Below, piece by piece: positions 1 to 8,704 of a DNA stretch of 64,000 bases. A program made the translations under genes and the position numbers. The number at the start of each line of letters is the position of its first letter. Positions within the stretch are counted from its first letter, which is position 1. Source of the stretch: Pyrinomonadaceae bacterium (GTDB lineage Bacteria; Acidobacteriota; Blastocatellia; Pyrinomonadales; Pyrinomonadaceae); contig DASURS010000253.1 of the NCBI GenBank assembly GCA_036279935.1, positions 95-64,094 of the forward strand, written 5' to 3'. Below the pieces are notes generated by a model. It did no database searches and was not told the origin of the DNA. It saw nothing but the letters and a program-made list of their open reading frames with translations.

Positions 1-541
1 ACGCGACTGCTTCCGGATACAATATGTGTTCCTGCTCCAGAATTCGAGAAGAAAGTGTTTCGACTGTGTCGTCCGCCAGCACGGGCACGACGCGTTGCGC
101 AACGATCGGCCCGCCGTCGAGCGTGTTATCGACGAAGTGGACCGTGCAGCCGCTCACTTTCACGCCGTGTTCGAGCGCCTGCCGCTGCGCGTCGAGGCCG
201 GGAAACGACGGCAACAGACTCGGGTGGATGTTGAGGATGCGCATCCTGAACGCGTCGACGAAGAACGGTGAGAGGACGCGCATGTAACCGGCGAGACAGA
301 TCAGATCGATGCGTTCGTCGCGAAGCACGGAGATGATTTCCAGTTCGTGCTCTTCACGTTTACGTCCGCGCCGCTCGATCGCGAGCGTTTTGATCCCGCG
401 TTCCCTCGCGAGGGCCAGGCCTTGGGCATCAACGTGATCGCTGAGCACGAGCGCGATCTCCGCATCAGGGATTTTCGCGTCTGCGAGCGCGACCATGTTC
501 GAGCCGCGACCGGAAATTAATATCGCGATCCGTGTCGTCAT
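1..541 (-). CDS. purN: phosphoribosylglycinamide formyltransferase (partial, C-terminus lies beyond window start)
   Basis: Own minus-strand translation from ATG at 541: MTTRIAILISGRGSNMVALADAKIPDAEIALVLSDH...ICLAGYMRVLSPFF...NIHPSLLPSFPGLDAQRQALEHGVKVSGCTVHFVDNTLDGGPIV, typical GAR transformylase motifs. ATG overlaps the purM stop (ATGA at 538-541). Not listed as an intact ORF in the track because it runs off the window. Confidence 0.85.
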   Translation of the reverse strand, partial: MTTRIAILISGRGSNMVALADAKIPDAEIALVLSDHVDAQGLALARERGIKTLAIERRGRKREEHELEIISVLRDERIDLICLAGYMRVLSPFFVDAFRMRILNIHPSLLPSFPGLDAQRQALEHGVKVSGCTVHFVDNTLDGGPIVAQRVVPVLADDTVETLSSRILEQEHILYPEAVA

Positions 542-1569
542 TCGATCGACACCGTCTGGTTGCCCTCGCCGAGCTCGACGACCTCGCCGATCTCGTAACA
601 CTTATCGAGTTGATTAGTAATCGCGGCGACGTTTTCGGGCGCTGTGACAATGACCATGCCGACGCCCATGTTGAACGTGCGATACATCTCGCTATCGGAG
701 ACGTTGCCCAGCTCGCGCAGATGTTCGAACAGCGGCAGCACGGGCCACGAGCCTTTTCTGATCTTCACGGCAGTCCCTGGAGGGAGGATGCGCGGGATGT
801 TGTCGGTTAGTCCGCCGCCGGTGATGTGGGCCAGTCCCTTGATCAAGCCGGTGTCGAGCAGCGGGTCAAGGGGTTTGAGGTAACTGACGTGCGGTAGCAG
901 TAATGCTTCAGCCGCGGTTAGTTCGAGGTTCGGCAGCGGCGTTTCCGGTTTGTAACCGGCGATTTCGAAGAACAGCTTGCGTGCGAGCGAGTAGCCGTTC
1001 GTGTGCAAACCCGCCGAAGGCAGCGCCAGCAAAACGTCGCCGGGCGCGATCGTTTTTCCGTCGATGATCTTCGCGCGATCGACGACGCCGACGATGAAAC
1101 CAGCGATGTCGTATTCGCCTTCCTGATAAAACCCCGGCATCTCGGCTGTTTCACCGCCCAGCAGCACGCAGCCATTTTCGCGGCAACCGTTCGTCACTCC
1201 TTCGACGATGCCGGCGACAACGTTGGGCGACAGCTTTCCGGTCGCGATGTAGTCGAGAAAGAAGAGCGGGCGAGCGCCCTGGACGAGTATGTCGTTGACG
1301 CAGTGATTCACGAGATCGCGGCCGACGGTGTTGTGAACGCCGCTGGCGAAAGCGATCTTGAGCTTCGTGCCGACGCCGTCCGCGGAAGCGACGAGCACCG
1401 GCTGGGCCATGTTTGGAAACGCGCCGTCGAACATGCCGCCAAAACTGCCTATCTCCGAAAGCGTGCGCTGGTTGAACGTCGTGCGCGCCAGCTCTTTGAT
1501 TCGGTCGGTGGCTCGTGTTGCGGCGTCGATGTCGACGCCTGAGTCAGAATATGAGATTGGTTTGATCAT
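538..1569 (-). CDS. purM: phosphoribosylformylglycinamidine cyclo-ligase (AIR synthetase)
   Basis: ORF 538..1641. Conserved PurM N-terminus starts at the internal Met (MIKPISYSDSGVDIDAATRA...), ATG at 1569. The upstream 24 codons run through an AT-rich palindrome and were trimmed. DGVGTKLK and GGETAEMPG motifs present. Confidence 0.93.
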   Translation of the reverse strand: MIKPISYSDSGVDIDAATRATDRIKELARTTFNQRTLSEIGSFGGMFDGAFPNMAQPVLVASADGVGTKLKIAFASGVHNTVGRDLVNHCVNDILVQGARPLFFLDYIATGKLSPNVVAGIVEGVTNGCRENGCVLLGGETAEMPGFYQEGEYDIAGFIVGVVDRAKIIDGKTIAPGDVLLALPSAGLHTNGYSLARKLFFEIAGYKPETPLPNLELTAAEALLLPHVSYLKPLDPLLDTGLIKGLAHITGGGLTDNIPRILPPGTAVKIRKGSWPVLPLFEHLRELGNVSDSEMYRTFNMGVGMVIVTAPENVAAITNQLDKCYEIGEVVELGEGNQTVSIE

Positions 1570-1575
1570 GTCGTC

Positions 1576-1608
1576 AAATTCGAATTTCGAATTTCGAAAT
1601 TCGAAATT
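1576..1608. repeat. AT-rich heptamer-word palindrome (AATTTCG x4); 26 nt are perfectly self-complementary
   Basis: AAATTCGAATTTCGAATTTCGAAATTCGAAATT. The sub-string AATTTCGAATTTC|GAAATTCGAAATT equals its own reverse complement. It sits between the stop of the 1607..2743 gene and the purM ATG and overlaps that stop codon. Confidence 0.9.
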
Positions 1609-2743
1609 ATTTCTGTTTCGGCGGTGGACCAAAGTCGCCATAGGCGATGAATCCCGAGCGCGTCGAATCGTCTTTTTGCGCGGTGCGTCCTGTCCAGAGA
1701 TCCGCGCCCGGTTCTTTTGCCGTCTTAACTGCCACGTCGTTCTGTTTACCGCGCGTGCTGAGCGTGATCTCGCCGTGCAGGTCGGTGCGATAAAGCTTCA
1801 TCGACGGATTCGCGGAACGCAGGCGATCGAGCACAGCTTGCGACGGATGTCCATAACGATTCCACGCGCCGCACGAAACAATCGCAAACTCGGGTTTCAC
1901 ACGATTGAGAAAGTCGGTTGACGTCGCGTACTTCGAACCGTGATGCGCGACCTTCAGCACCTGCGCTTCGAGGTTCACATCTTTCGTCAACAGCTTGTGT
2001 TCAGTCTGGTCTTCAGCGTCGCCGGTGAGCAGCATCGAGAACGATCCGTAATCGAGACGCACGACGATCGAGTTGGCGTTCGGTTCGTTTCCGCCGGCCT
2101 TCATCTGATCTTTGGTGAAGAACGGTTCGTACGGCGCGAGGATCGTCAGGAACGCGCCGCCGCCGAGATCGATTTTCGTTCCAGGCTGTGATTGCGCGTA
2201 GTTCGCGCCGCTGTTTTTCACGCCTGCTTTGTAATCGTCGTAGAACTTGATGATCGACGCCACCTGTTTCCGGGACGGCTGTTTCGGAACTGCCTGGCGG
2301 CCTTTTGGAGTCGGCGTCGGCTTCGGCAGAAGCTCCGGAGGGATGCTCGGCTCTCGTCCGTTGTCGATCACATTCAAAACTTTGACTGTCTTGAAGACTT
2401 CGGCGGCGCCGCCGATATGGTCCGGATGCGGATGCGTGGCGATGAAGTAGTCGAGCTGCTGAATGTTGTTGCGCTTCAACGCTTCGACGACGGCCTTGCC
2501 TTTACTCGTATCGCCGGCGTCGATCAGCACCGTCTTGCCTGCCGGCGACGAGATCAGGATCGAATCGCCATTGACTGGCCCAACGTCGAGAACGCGAACG
2601 ACAAGCTCGCTTCCCGACGGCGGCGGCGGTTGTTTCTTCCACCACGGAAGAACGTACTTCCACCCGAGAACGCCTGCGGCGATGGCAACGGCGAGGAGTA
2701 CTGCAATCACGCAACCACAGCCTCGCCTGACTCGTCGTCCCAC
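1607..2743 (-). CDS. membrane-anchored MBL-fold metallo-hydrolase (ComEC C-terminal domain-like)
   Basis: N-terminal TM segment (CVIAVLLAVAIAAGVLGW). HPHPDHIGG metallo-beta-lactamase motif. VLKVAHHGSKYATSTDFL...AIVSCG...NRYGHP is typical of the ComEC/Rec2 lactamase-like domain. Confidence 0.75.
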   Translation of the reverse strand: MGRRVRRGCGCVIAVLLAVAIAAGVLGWKYVLPWWKKQPPPPSGSELVVRVLDVGPVNGDSILISSPAGKTVLIDAGDTSKGKAVVEALKRNNIQQLDYFIATHPHPDHIGGAAEVFKTVKVLNVIDNGREPSIPPELLPKPTPTPKGRQAVPKQPSRKQVASIIKFYDDYKAGVKNSGANYAQSQPGTKIDLGGGAFLTILAPYEPFFTKDQMKAGGNEPNANSIVVRLDYGSFSMLLTGDAEDQTEHKLLTKDVNLEAQVLKVAHHGSKYATSTDFLNRVKPEFAIVSCGAWNRYGHPSQAVLDRLRSANPSMKLYRTDLHGEITLSTRGKQNDVAVKTAKEPGADLWTGRTAQKDDSTRSGFIAYGDFGPPPKQK

Positions 2744-2761
2744 TCAGAAACCTCTGTTGAT

Positions 2762-3322
2762 TTATCTTCGGAGCATGGGCATGACTTTCAACCCCGGCCG
2801 GGCATCGACCTGGTTTGCGACGCGCAAAACGGTCGGAACAACCGAGTAGTCGCCCTTTGCGTACGCCGCCAGCGCCTCTTTCGCGTTCAAGACGTCCCAG
2901 ATCCACTCCTGCGAGATGGTCTGTTCCAGCATCAACACCAGCCGGTCGCCGCCTTTCGGCTTGAACGCGATCGGAGTCTTGAACGTGAAAGTCTTCTTCA
3001 CGTACGGCGGCAGTGAGAAGCCTTCGGTCCTGCTCGCAACCGGCAGCGGCGTGTTCGTCGAATCGATAACCGCCAGCGAGTATCTCACGCCCATAACTTT
3101 CGACGCCGTGCTGTTCGAGAGCGACATTCTCACGACGTAGCCCTTCTCAGCTTCAACCAGCAGCGCCTCGTGAACGCTGACGGGCAAATCGAGCACGGGA
3201 AAGATCTCGACGGGCAGGTTCCTCCCTTGGACCGCCGGGTGCGCCGGCGCAGCCAGTGCGCTGCAAACGCCTATCGATCCGACAATGGAGATCAGCATGC
3301 ACTTGCGCAGCGTGTCGAGCAT
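2762..3322 (-). CDS. hypothetical secreted protein
   Basis: 186 aa ORF with a signal-peptide-like N-terminus (MLISIVGSIGVCSALAAPA). Fits tightly between flanking minus-strand genes. No motif recognised. Confidence 0.55.
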   Translation of the reverse strand: MLDTLRKCMLISIVGSIGVCSALAAPAHPAVQGRNLPVEIFPVLDLPVSVHEALLVEAEKGYVVRMSLSNSTASKVMGVRYSLAVIDSTNTPLPVASRTEGFSLPPYVKKTFTFKTPIAFKPKGGDRLVLMLEQTISQEWIWDVLNAKEALAAYAKGDYSVVPTVLRVANQVDARPGLKVMPMLRR

Positions 3323-3331
3323 CGCTTTCGT

Positions 3332-4756
3332 TTAGCTGTCGGCGGCCACTGATTCGTGATCGCGTTCCCACATCGTTTCGGCTTCTCCCGTGATGCGCGT
3401 CGGATACTTTCCGTTCCAACACGCGACGCACGAGGAATCGGCGCTCAACCCCGTCGCCGCAATCAAGCCTTCGAGCGACAGATACCCGAGCGAGTCGGCT
3501 TCGATAAACTTGCGGATCTCTTCGACCGTCATGTTCGCGGCGATCAGCTCCGATTTGTTCGGCGTGTCGACGCCGTAGTAACACGGACTGATCGTCGGCG
3601 GACAACTGATACGCACGTGAACCTCGCTCGCGCCCGCCTCACGCACCATGCGAACGATCTTTTTCGACGTCGTGCCGCGCACGATCGAGTCGTCAATCAG
3701 GACCACTCGCCGGCCGTTAATCAGATCCCGCACCGGGTTCAGCTTGATTCGCACGCCAAACGAACGAATCGATTGTCGCGGCTCGATGAACGTGCGTCCG
3801 ACGTAGTGGTTACGCACCAGTCCAAAGCGAAACTTCAACCCACTCTCGGCGGCGTAACCGATCGAAGCAGCGACGCCCGAGTCAGGCACCGGCACGACGA
3901 TGTCGGCATCAGCCGGCTGCTCGACCGCGAGTTGCCGTCCCATTTTGTGACGCGACTCGTTGATCGACCTGCCGTAAATCAACGAATCAGGACGCGCGAA
4001 GTAAACGTGCTCGAACAGACACATCGAATGCTTCTTTTCCGGCAACGGATGCGACGATCGCAAACCGTCCTCGTCTATCACGATCATCTCACCCGGCTCG
4101 ACGTCGCGAACGTATTGAGCGTCGATCAGATCGAACGCGCAAGTTTCTGACGCCACGACCCACGCATCACCCAAACGACCAAGCGCGAGCGGACGAAATC
4201 CGCGACTGTCGCGAATCGCGATCAGTTCCTTCGGCGTCAAAAAGAGCATCGAAAACGCGCCTTCAGTTTCGCGCAGCACTTCCGGTATCGCGTCACGCAC
4301 CGACGAGCGCGAACGCGCCACGCCGTGCAGCACGACTTCCGTATCGGACGTTGACGAGAAGATCGCGCCTTCGCGTTCGAGCCGCTGCCGTTCTTCGCGC
4401 GCGAACGGAAGATTGCCGTTGTGACAGATCGCGATCTGGCCGTGCTGGCAGTTCACGAGAAACGGTTGCGCCTCGAGGATCGACACTTCGCCGGCGGTCG
4501 AGTAGCGCACATGACCGATGGCGCTCGCGCCGCGCAGCCGATCGAGGTGCGTCTGGTTGAACGCGTCGGACACGTGCCCCATCACGCGTTCCTGGCGTAG
4601 TTCGACGCCGTCAGACGCGACGATACCGCACGACTCCTGCCCGCGATGTTGCAGGGCATACAAACCCAGATAAGTCAGGCGCGCCGCTTCGGGCTGTCCG
4701 TAAATTCCGAACACCCCACACTCTTCTCGCAGCTTTTTAATCTCGATTTCGGCCAA
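3332..4756 (-). CDS. purF: amidophosphoribosyltransferase
   Basis: ORF 3332..4807. ...LAEIEIKKLREECGVFGIYGQPEAARLTYLGLYALQHRGQESCGIV matches the B. subtilis-type PurF with a short propeptide before the catalytic Cys. PRPP loop VVLIDDSIVRGTT present. Start placed at the TTG (4756) giving M/LAEIEIKKLREEC. The track start (GTG 4807) is an alternative. Confidence 0.9.
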   Translation of the reverse strand: MAEIEIKKLREECGVFGIYGQPEAARLTYLGLYALQHRGQESCGIVASDGVELRQERVMGHVSDAFNQTHLDRLRGASAIGHVRYSTAGEVSILEAQPFLVNCQHGQIAICHNGNLPFAREERQRLEREGAIFSSTSDTEVVLHGVARSRSSVRDAIPEVLRETEGAFSMLFLTPKELIAIRDSRGFRPLALGRLGDAWVVASETCAFDLIDAQYVRDVEPGEMIVIDEDGLRSSHPLPEKKHSMCLFEHVYFARPDSLIYGRSINESRHKMGRQLAVEQPADADIVVPVPDSGVAASIGYAAESGLKFRFGLVRNHYVGRTFIEPRQSIRSFGVRIKLNPVRDLINGRRVVLIDDSIVRGTTSKKIVRMVREAGASEVHVRISCPPTISPCYYGVDTPNKSELIAANMTVEEIRKFIEADSLGYLSLEGLIAATGLSADSSCVACWNGKYPTRITGEAETMWERDHESVAADS

Positions 4757-4821
4757 TTGAGTTGTCCTAACTCTGCGTTTGTGGTTGAAATTTTTCCAAC
4801 TATACACAAAACTAACGACTG

Positions 4822-5184
4822 ATGCCGAATTCTATGATGCGAACTTACTTCGTCGCGTTTTTATTTGCGTCCCTCCTTCATGTTTCCCTGGTAGCCGCCG
4901 TTAGCGCGCCGGCCGGCAACGCTCGCACAGCGCAGCAGCTGTATCGCCGCCACTGCGTTTCCTGTCACGGAACGGACGGACGATCGAAAACCTCGAAAGG
5001 TAAATTTAATCACGCACGCGATCTGACGGATGCGCAGTGGCACGAGGACGTCACCGACGAACGCATCTTCAACTCGATCATGAACGGCCGCAACGTGCGT
5101 GGCAACATGCCCGCGTTCAGCAACAAGTTGAACGAACAGCAAGTCGAATCGCTCGTAAGCTTCGTCCGCAAGTTCAAAGGCTAG
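4822..5184 (+). CDS. class I c-type cytochrome (secreted, monohaem)
   Basis: Signal peptide, single CVSCH haem-binding motif, distal Met context (RGNMPAF). 120 aa. Confidence 0.8.
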   Translation: MPNSMMRTYFVAFLFASLLHVSLVAAVSAPAGNARTAQQLYRRHCVSCHGTDGRSKTSKGKFNHARDLTDAQWHEDVTDERIFNSIMNGRNVRGNMPAFSNKLNEQQVESLVSFVRKFKG

Positions 5185-5199
5185 TTCAGAGAATCGCAG

Positions 5200-5703
5200 G
5201 TGAACTTTCCTATCACAATTCGCGGGATCGTCATCGGCGCTTTGCAGGCATTGCTGCTGCTGGCGCTCGGCGGCGCAGGATGGTTGATTTATCGACAGCT
5301 TCCCGCGAATGCGGCAGACGAACAGTACAACCGCGGCACGACTACGTTGCAGATCGTGCTGCGACAGGCCGCGGACACCACGGGTCACGGCCTCGACGTT
5401 GCCGTCAACCTGTACCCGGTCGATATCGTCGCCGTACGTCACGAGTTCTTCACCGAGCAGCGCACCGGCAAGCGCTTCGAAGACTTTCTGAAGGAACGAA
5501 TGAAGGGCCGCTCGCCGATTACGGCGCGCCTCGACAAACAAGGTCATGGAGCGGTGGCGCTCGCTCCCGGCAGTTGGTGGCTTCACGCGACGCTGGACGG
5601 TGAGGAGCAGCTCGAGTGGCGCTTGCCCGTGAAAGTCATCGGCGAGAAACAGATCGTCGAGCTCACTTCGCAAAACGCTTACACGCGAAGTAAATCCTTT
5701 TAA
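5200..5703 (+). CDS. hypothetical membrane-anchored protein
   Basis: GTG start 16 nt after the cytochrome c stop. One N-terminal TM helix (IVIGALQALLLLALGGAGWLI). No recognised motif. Confidence 0.55.
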   Translation: MNFPITIRGIVIGALQALLLLALGGAGWLIYRQLPANAADEQYNRGTTTLQIVLRQAADTTGHGLDVAVNLYPVDIVAVRHEFFTEQRTGKRFEDFLKERMKGRSPITARLDKQGHGAVALAPGSWWLHATLDGEEQLEWRLPVKVIGEKQIVELTSQNAYTRSKSF

Positions 5704-5715
5704 CCCCGTGTTTCC

Positions 5716-6657
5716 ATGTTAGCTCTCCGCATCGAGAAGAAACTTTCAGTCAAAGAAATAAAAAAGCCCGACAACCCGGACGAAGCGCTTGTGCGCGTGT
5801 TGCTGTCAGGCATCTGCAACACGGATCTCGAGATTGCTCGCGGATATGCCGGATTCAAGGGAACGATCGGGCACGAGTTTGTCGGCATTGTTGAAAAGGG
5901 AAATCTGAGCGGGCAGCGCGTCGTCGGCGAGATCAACGCCGGTTGCGGCAAGTGCGACCTCTGCCGCGCGGGCGATTCACGACATTGTCCGAATCGCACT
6001 GTGCTGGGAATCGTCGGCAGAGACGGTGCGCACGCCGAGTTTCTTCAACTGCCGGTCGTGAACCTGGTCCCGGTTCCGGAGAACATTCCCGACGAGCACG
6101 CCGCGTTTGCTGAACCGCTCGCGGCTGCCTGCGGCATTCTGGAACGAGTCCCGGTGAGCAAAGACGATCGCGTAGCGGTGATCGGCGACGGCAAACTCGG
6201 TCTGCTCTGCGCGCAAGTCGTCGCACTGAAAGGCGCGACGACGCTTCTCGTCGGCAAACACGAGCCGAAACTCCGGATTGCCGCACGACGCGGCATCGAA
6301 ACGTCGACGCCAAAGGAAGCTGCGAAACGGAAACGGGGATTCGACGTCGTCGTCGAAGCGTCAGGAGCGGCGAGCGGGTTCGACCTCGCGCTCGATCTGC
6401 TTCGTCCGAAGGGCAAATTGGTCCTGAAGTCGACGTTCCATGGCGAGACGAAGGTAAACGCCGCGCGAATCGTCGTCGACGAGATCTCGATCGTCGGATC
6501 GCGCTGCGGACGCTTCGCGCCGGCCATCGATCTCCTCAAGCGAAACGCCATCGACGTCGACAGCCTGATCAGCGAAGAATACGCGCTTTCCGAAGGCGTT
6601 CACGCCATGAAACGAGCGCGTACAAAAGGCGTCCTGAAAGTCTTTCTTCGCCCCTAG
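5716..6657 (+). CDS. zinc-binding alcohol dehydrogenase family (MDR) oxidoreductase
   Basis: GICNTDLEIARGYAGFKGTIGHEFVG catalytic Zn motif, CGKCDLCRAGDSRHC structural Zn motif, and a GDGKLG Rossmann motif. Confidence 0.85.
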   Translation: MLALRIEKKLSVKEIKKPDNPDEALVRVLLSGICNTDLEIARGYAGFKGTIGHEFVGIVEKGNLSGQRVVGEINAGCGKCDLCRAGDSRHCPNRTVLGIVGRDGAHAEFLQLPVVNLVPVPENIPDEHAAFAEPLAAACGILERVPVSKDDRVAVIGDGKLGLLCAQVVALKGATTLLVGKHEPKLRIAARRGIETSTPKEAAKRKRGFDVVVEASGAASGFDLALDLLRPKGKLVLKSTFHGETKVNAARIVVDEISIVGSRCGRFAPAIDLLKRNAIDVDSLISEEYALSEGVHAMKRARTKGVLKVFLRP

Positions 6658-6895
6658 CCATTTTCCATTTGTCATTTTCCATTGCCTATTTTTCATTTAA
6701 GGCCAAGGGACCGCCCACCATCTCGTCAATGGCGGATGAAAAAAGGCGTTCACGCCATGAAACGAGCGCGCACGAAAGGCGTCCCATTTTCCATTTGTCA
6801 TTTTCCATTGCCTGTTTTTCATTTGAGGCAAAGTGACCGCCCACCATCTCGTCAATGGCGAATGAAAAATGGGCAATGGAAAATGACAAATAAAC
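6592..6895. repeat. tandem duplication (~124 bp unit) carrying a copy of the dehydrogenase 3' coding end plus a CCATTTT/CCATTTG-word hairpin element
   Basis: AGGCGTTCACGCCATGAAACGAGCGCG(T/C)AC(A/G)AAAGGCGTCC occurs at 6594-6636 and 6743-6785. The block CCATTTTCCATTTGTCATTTTCCATTGCCT(A/G)TTTTTCATTT...GACCGCCCACCATCTCGTCAATGGCG(G/A)ATGAAAAA occurs at 6658-6742 and 6784-6868. Only the second copy is followed by the complementary arm GGGCAATGGAAAATGACAAAT. Confidence 0.9.
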
Positions 6896-6913
6896 CGATT
6901 TAGCCCGTCTTTT

Positions 6914-6942
6914 TTGCTCACTGGACTCGCTTTAGCTATACT
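6914..6942 (+). promoter_or_regulatory. sigma70-type promoter candidate for htrA (TTGCTC-17-TATACT)
   Basis: TTGCTC at 6914-6919, 17 nt spacer, TATACT at 6937-6942. It lies 30 nt upstream of the ATG at 6972, which has an AAAGGTGG SD-like sequence in front. Confidence 0.5.
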
Positions 6943-6971
6943 CTACGCCTTTATCGAAAGGTGGTGGATGT

Positions 6972-8555
6972 ATGTTCGACGCGTCTGGCAACCACACGAC
7001 AGAACAGGAACGAAAGCTACTGCGAAAACTGCGAGTTTGGATAGCCGCACTCGCCGTGGGCTGCCTCGTCGCGGGCATCGGTATCGGCGCGATGCTGTCC
7101 GGCCGTCCGACAGTCGCACAGAACGACCTGCAAATCGCCCGCGCTCCTGAAGCACTTTCAGCGTCGTTCGCCGAAATCGCTCGTCGCGTCGAGCCCGCCG
7201 TGGTCAACATCGAAACCACGCAAGCGCAACTCGAAATCAGCGAAAAAGACGACGACAAGGACGACGAGTCGAACCCACTACTCGATATGTTTCGCCGGCA
7301 GCCGCGCCGTCCGCCGCGTGGCGTCGGTAGCGGGTTTATCGTCAGCCCGAAGGGCTACATCCTGACGAACCACCACGTTATCGAAGAAGCAACGCGCATC
7401 ACCGTCGGGCTGCAATCTGGTGAGAAGTACACCGCGACAGTCGTTGGCGTTGATCCGGAAACAGACGTCGCCGTGATCAAGATCGACGCGCCGAAAGATC
7501 TGCCGACCGTAACGCTCGGCGACTCGAACGCGGCGCAAGTCGGGGACTGGGTGCTGGCGATGGGTTCGCCTTTCGGACTCGATCAGACGGTCACCGCCGG
7601 AATCATCTCGAAGAAAGAACGCGAGAGCCAGTTCTTCAGCGTCTTTCAACGTTTCTTACAGACGGACGCGGCGATCAATCGCGGCAACAGCGGCGGCCCG
7701 CTCGTCAACATGCGCGGCGAAGTGATCGGCATGAACTCGCAGATCGCCACCTCGACCGGTGATTACAACGGCATCGGCTTCGCCCTTCCGGCCAACGAAA
7801 CCAACTTCGTATACAAACAGCTGGTAGCACAGGGCAAGGTCAAGCGCGGATATCTCGGAATCTCGCTCGAGTCGGTCCATAACGAGTTCGCCAAAGTCTA
7901 CGGTCTGACGGAGGCGAAGGGCGCCATCGTCACGACGGTCGCCGCGACCGAACGCGGGGAACCGACACCGGCCGAGAAAATCGGCATTCAACCCGGCGAC
8001 ATCATTGTCGAGTTTGAAAGCACACCCGTCATCAGCGCGCAGGATCTGATCCAGCGCGTCGCCAACACGCCGGTCGGACAGGAAATCACACTCGTTTACC
8101 TCCGCGACATCAACGGCAAACTCGAACGCAAAACCGGGAAGGTCGCGTTGGGTGAACGGCCGCCGCCGCGCGAGTATGTGGAACCGGCGAAGGCAAATTC
8201 GAAGCTGAACCCGAAAGGCAACGGCCTGCGTCTCGGCATCACGCTGGCGGAACTGACGCCGCAACTGCTCGCCGATCGACACCTGACCGGTGTTCAGGGC
8301 CTGTTCGTTAAAGACGTCGATCCGAACGGATTGATGGCCGAGCTTCGCATACCGCCGTCAGACAAGCCTGCGCTGATAGCGGGCGACGTCATCAGTCGCA
8401 TCAATCGCGTGCCGGTAAATTCGCTGGCCGACTTCCAACGAGTGTTGAGTACGCTGAAGAGCGGCGATCCGATCGTGATGAACGTGACGAGGATCCAGAG
8501 AGACGGAAAGAACGACGTGATGGTTCCGTTGATTGTGCAGTTCACGTACCAGTAG
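6972..8555 (+). CDS. htrA: Do/DegP/HtrA family serine endoprotease with two PDZ domains
   Basis: N-terminal TM/signal anchor. Catalytic triad context TNHHVI, DVAVIKI, GNSGGPLVN. Two PDZ-like C-terminal segments. Confidence 0.9.
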   Translation: MFDASGNHTTEQERKLLRKLRVWIAALAVGCLVAGIGIGAMLSGRPTVAQNDLQIARAPEALSASFAEIARRVEPAVVNIETTQAQLEISEKDDDKDDESNPLLDMFRRQPRRPPRGVGSGFIVSPKGYILTNHHVIEEATRITVGLQSGEKYTATVVGVDPETDVAVIKIDAPKDLPTVTLGDSNAAQVGDWVLAMGSPFGLDQTVTAGIISKKERESQFFSVFQRFLQTDAAINRGNSGGPLVNMRGEVIGMNSQIATSTGDYNGIGFALPANETNFVYKQLVAQGKVKRGYLGISLESVHNEFAKVYGLTEAKGAIVTTVAATERGEPTPAEKIGIQPGDIIVEFESTPVISAQDLIQRVANTPVGQEITLVYLRDINGKLERKTGKVALGERPPPREYVEPAKANSKLNPKGNGLRLGITLAELTPQLLADRHLTGVQGLFVKDVDPNGLMAELRIPPSDKPALIAGDVISRINRVPVNSLADFQRVLSTLKSGDPIVMNVTRIQRDGKNDVMVPLIVQFTYQ

Positions 8556-8563
8556 AAAGACAT

Positions 8564-8703
8564 TTCCGATTGTCGATTGCCAATTGCCAATTTCGCGCTT
8601 GGGGGCAATTCGCGAGTTTTGGAGTTGGTGGCAATTTGAGACTAATAGTGGACGTAACCTAAATCGGCGCAATCGGCAATCGGCAATCAGCAATCGGCAA
8701 TCC
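8564..8703. repeat. intergenic hairpin with GGCAATC-word arms
   Basis: Left arm TTCCGATTGTCGATTGCCAATTGCCAATTT and right arm AAATCGGCGCAATCGGCAATCGGCAATCAGCAATCGGCAATCC are imperfect reverse complements. The element fills the htrA / aldehyde dehydrogenase gap. Confidence 0.9.
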
Positions 8704-8704
8704 T

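Noticed and set aside
6682-6921. ORFs 6682..6903 (+), 6686..6889 (-) and 6697..6921 (-) inside the repeat region downstream of the dehydrogenase.
   Set aside because: They are generated by the tandem duplication and hairpin element. The plus-strand ORF merely re-reads a duplicated fragment of the dehydrogenase C-terminus fused to repeat words. There is no start context and no independent coding signal.
8594-8660. An internal promoter in the loop of the 8564-8703 hairpin (TTGGAG-18-TAATAG) for the aldehyde dehydrogenase.
   Set aside because: Both hexamers are poor matches with a long spacer, and comparable matches occur by chance in AT-richer loop sequence. Not supportable without transcript data.
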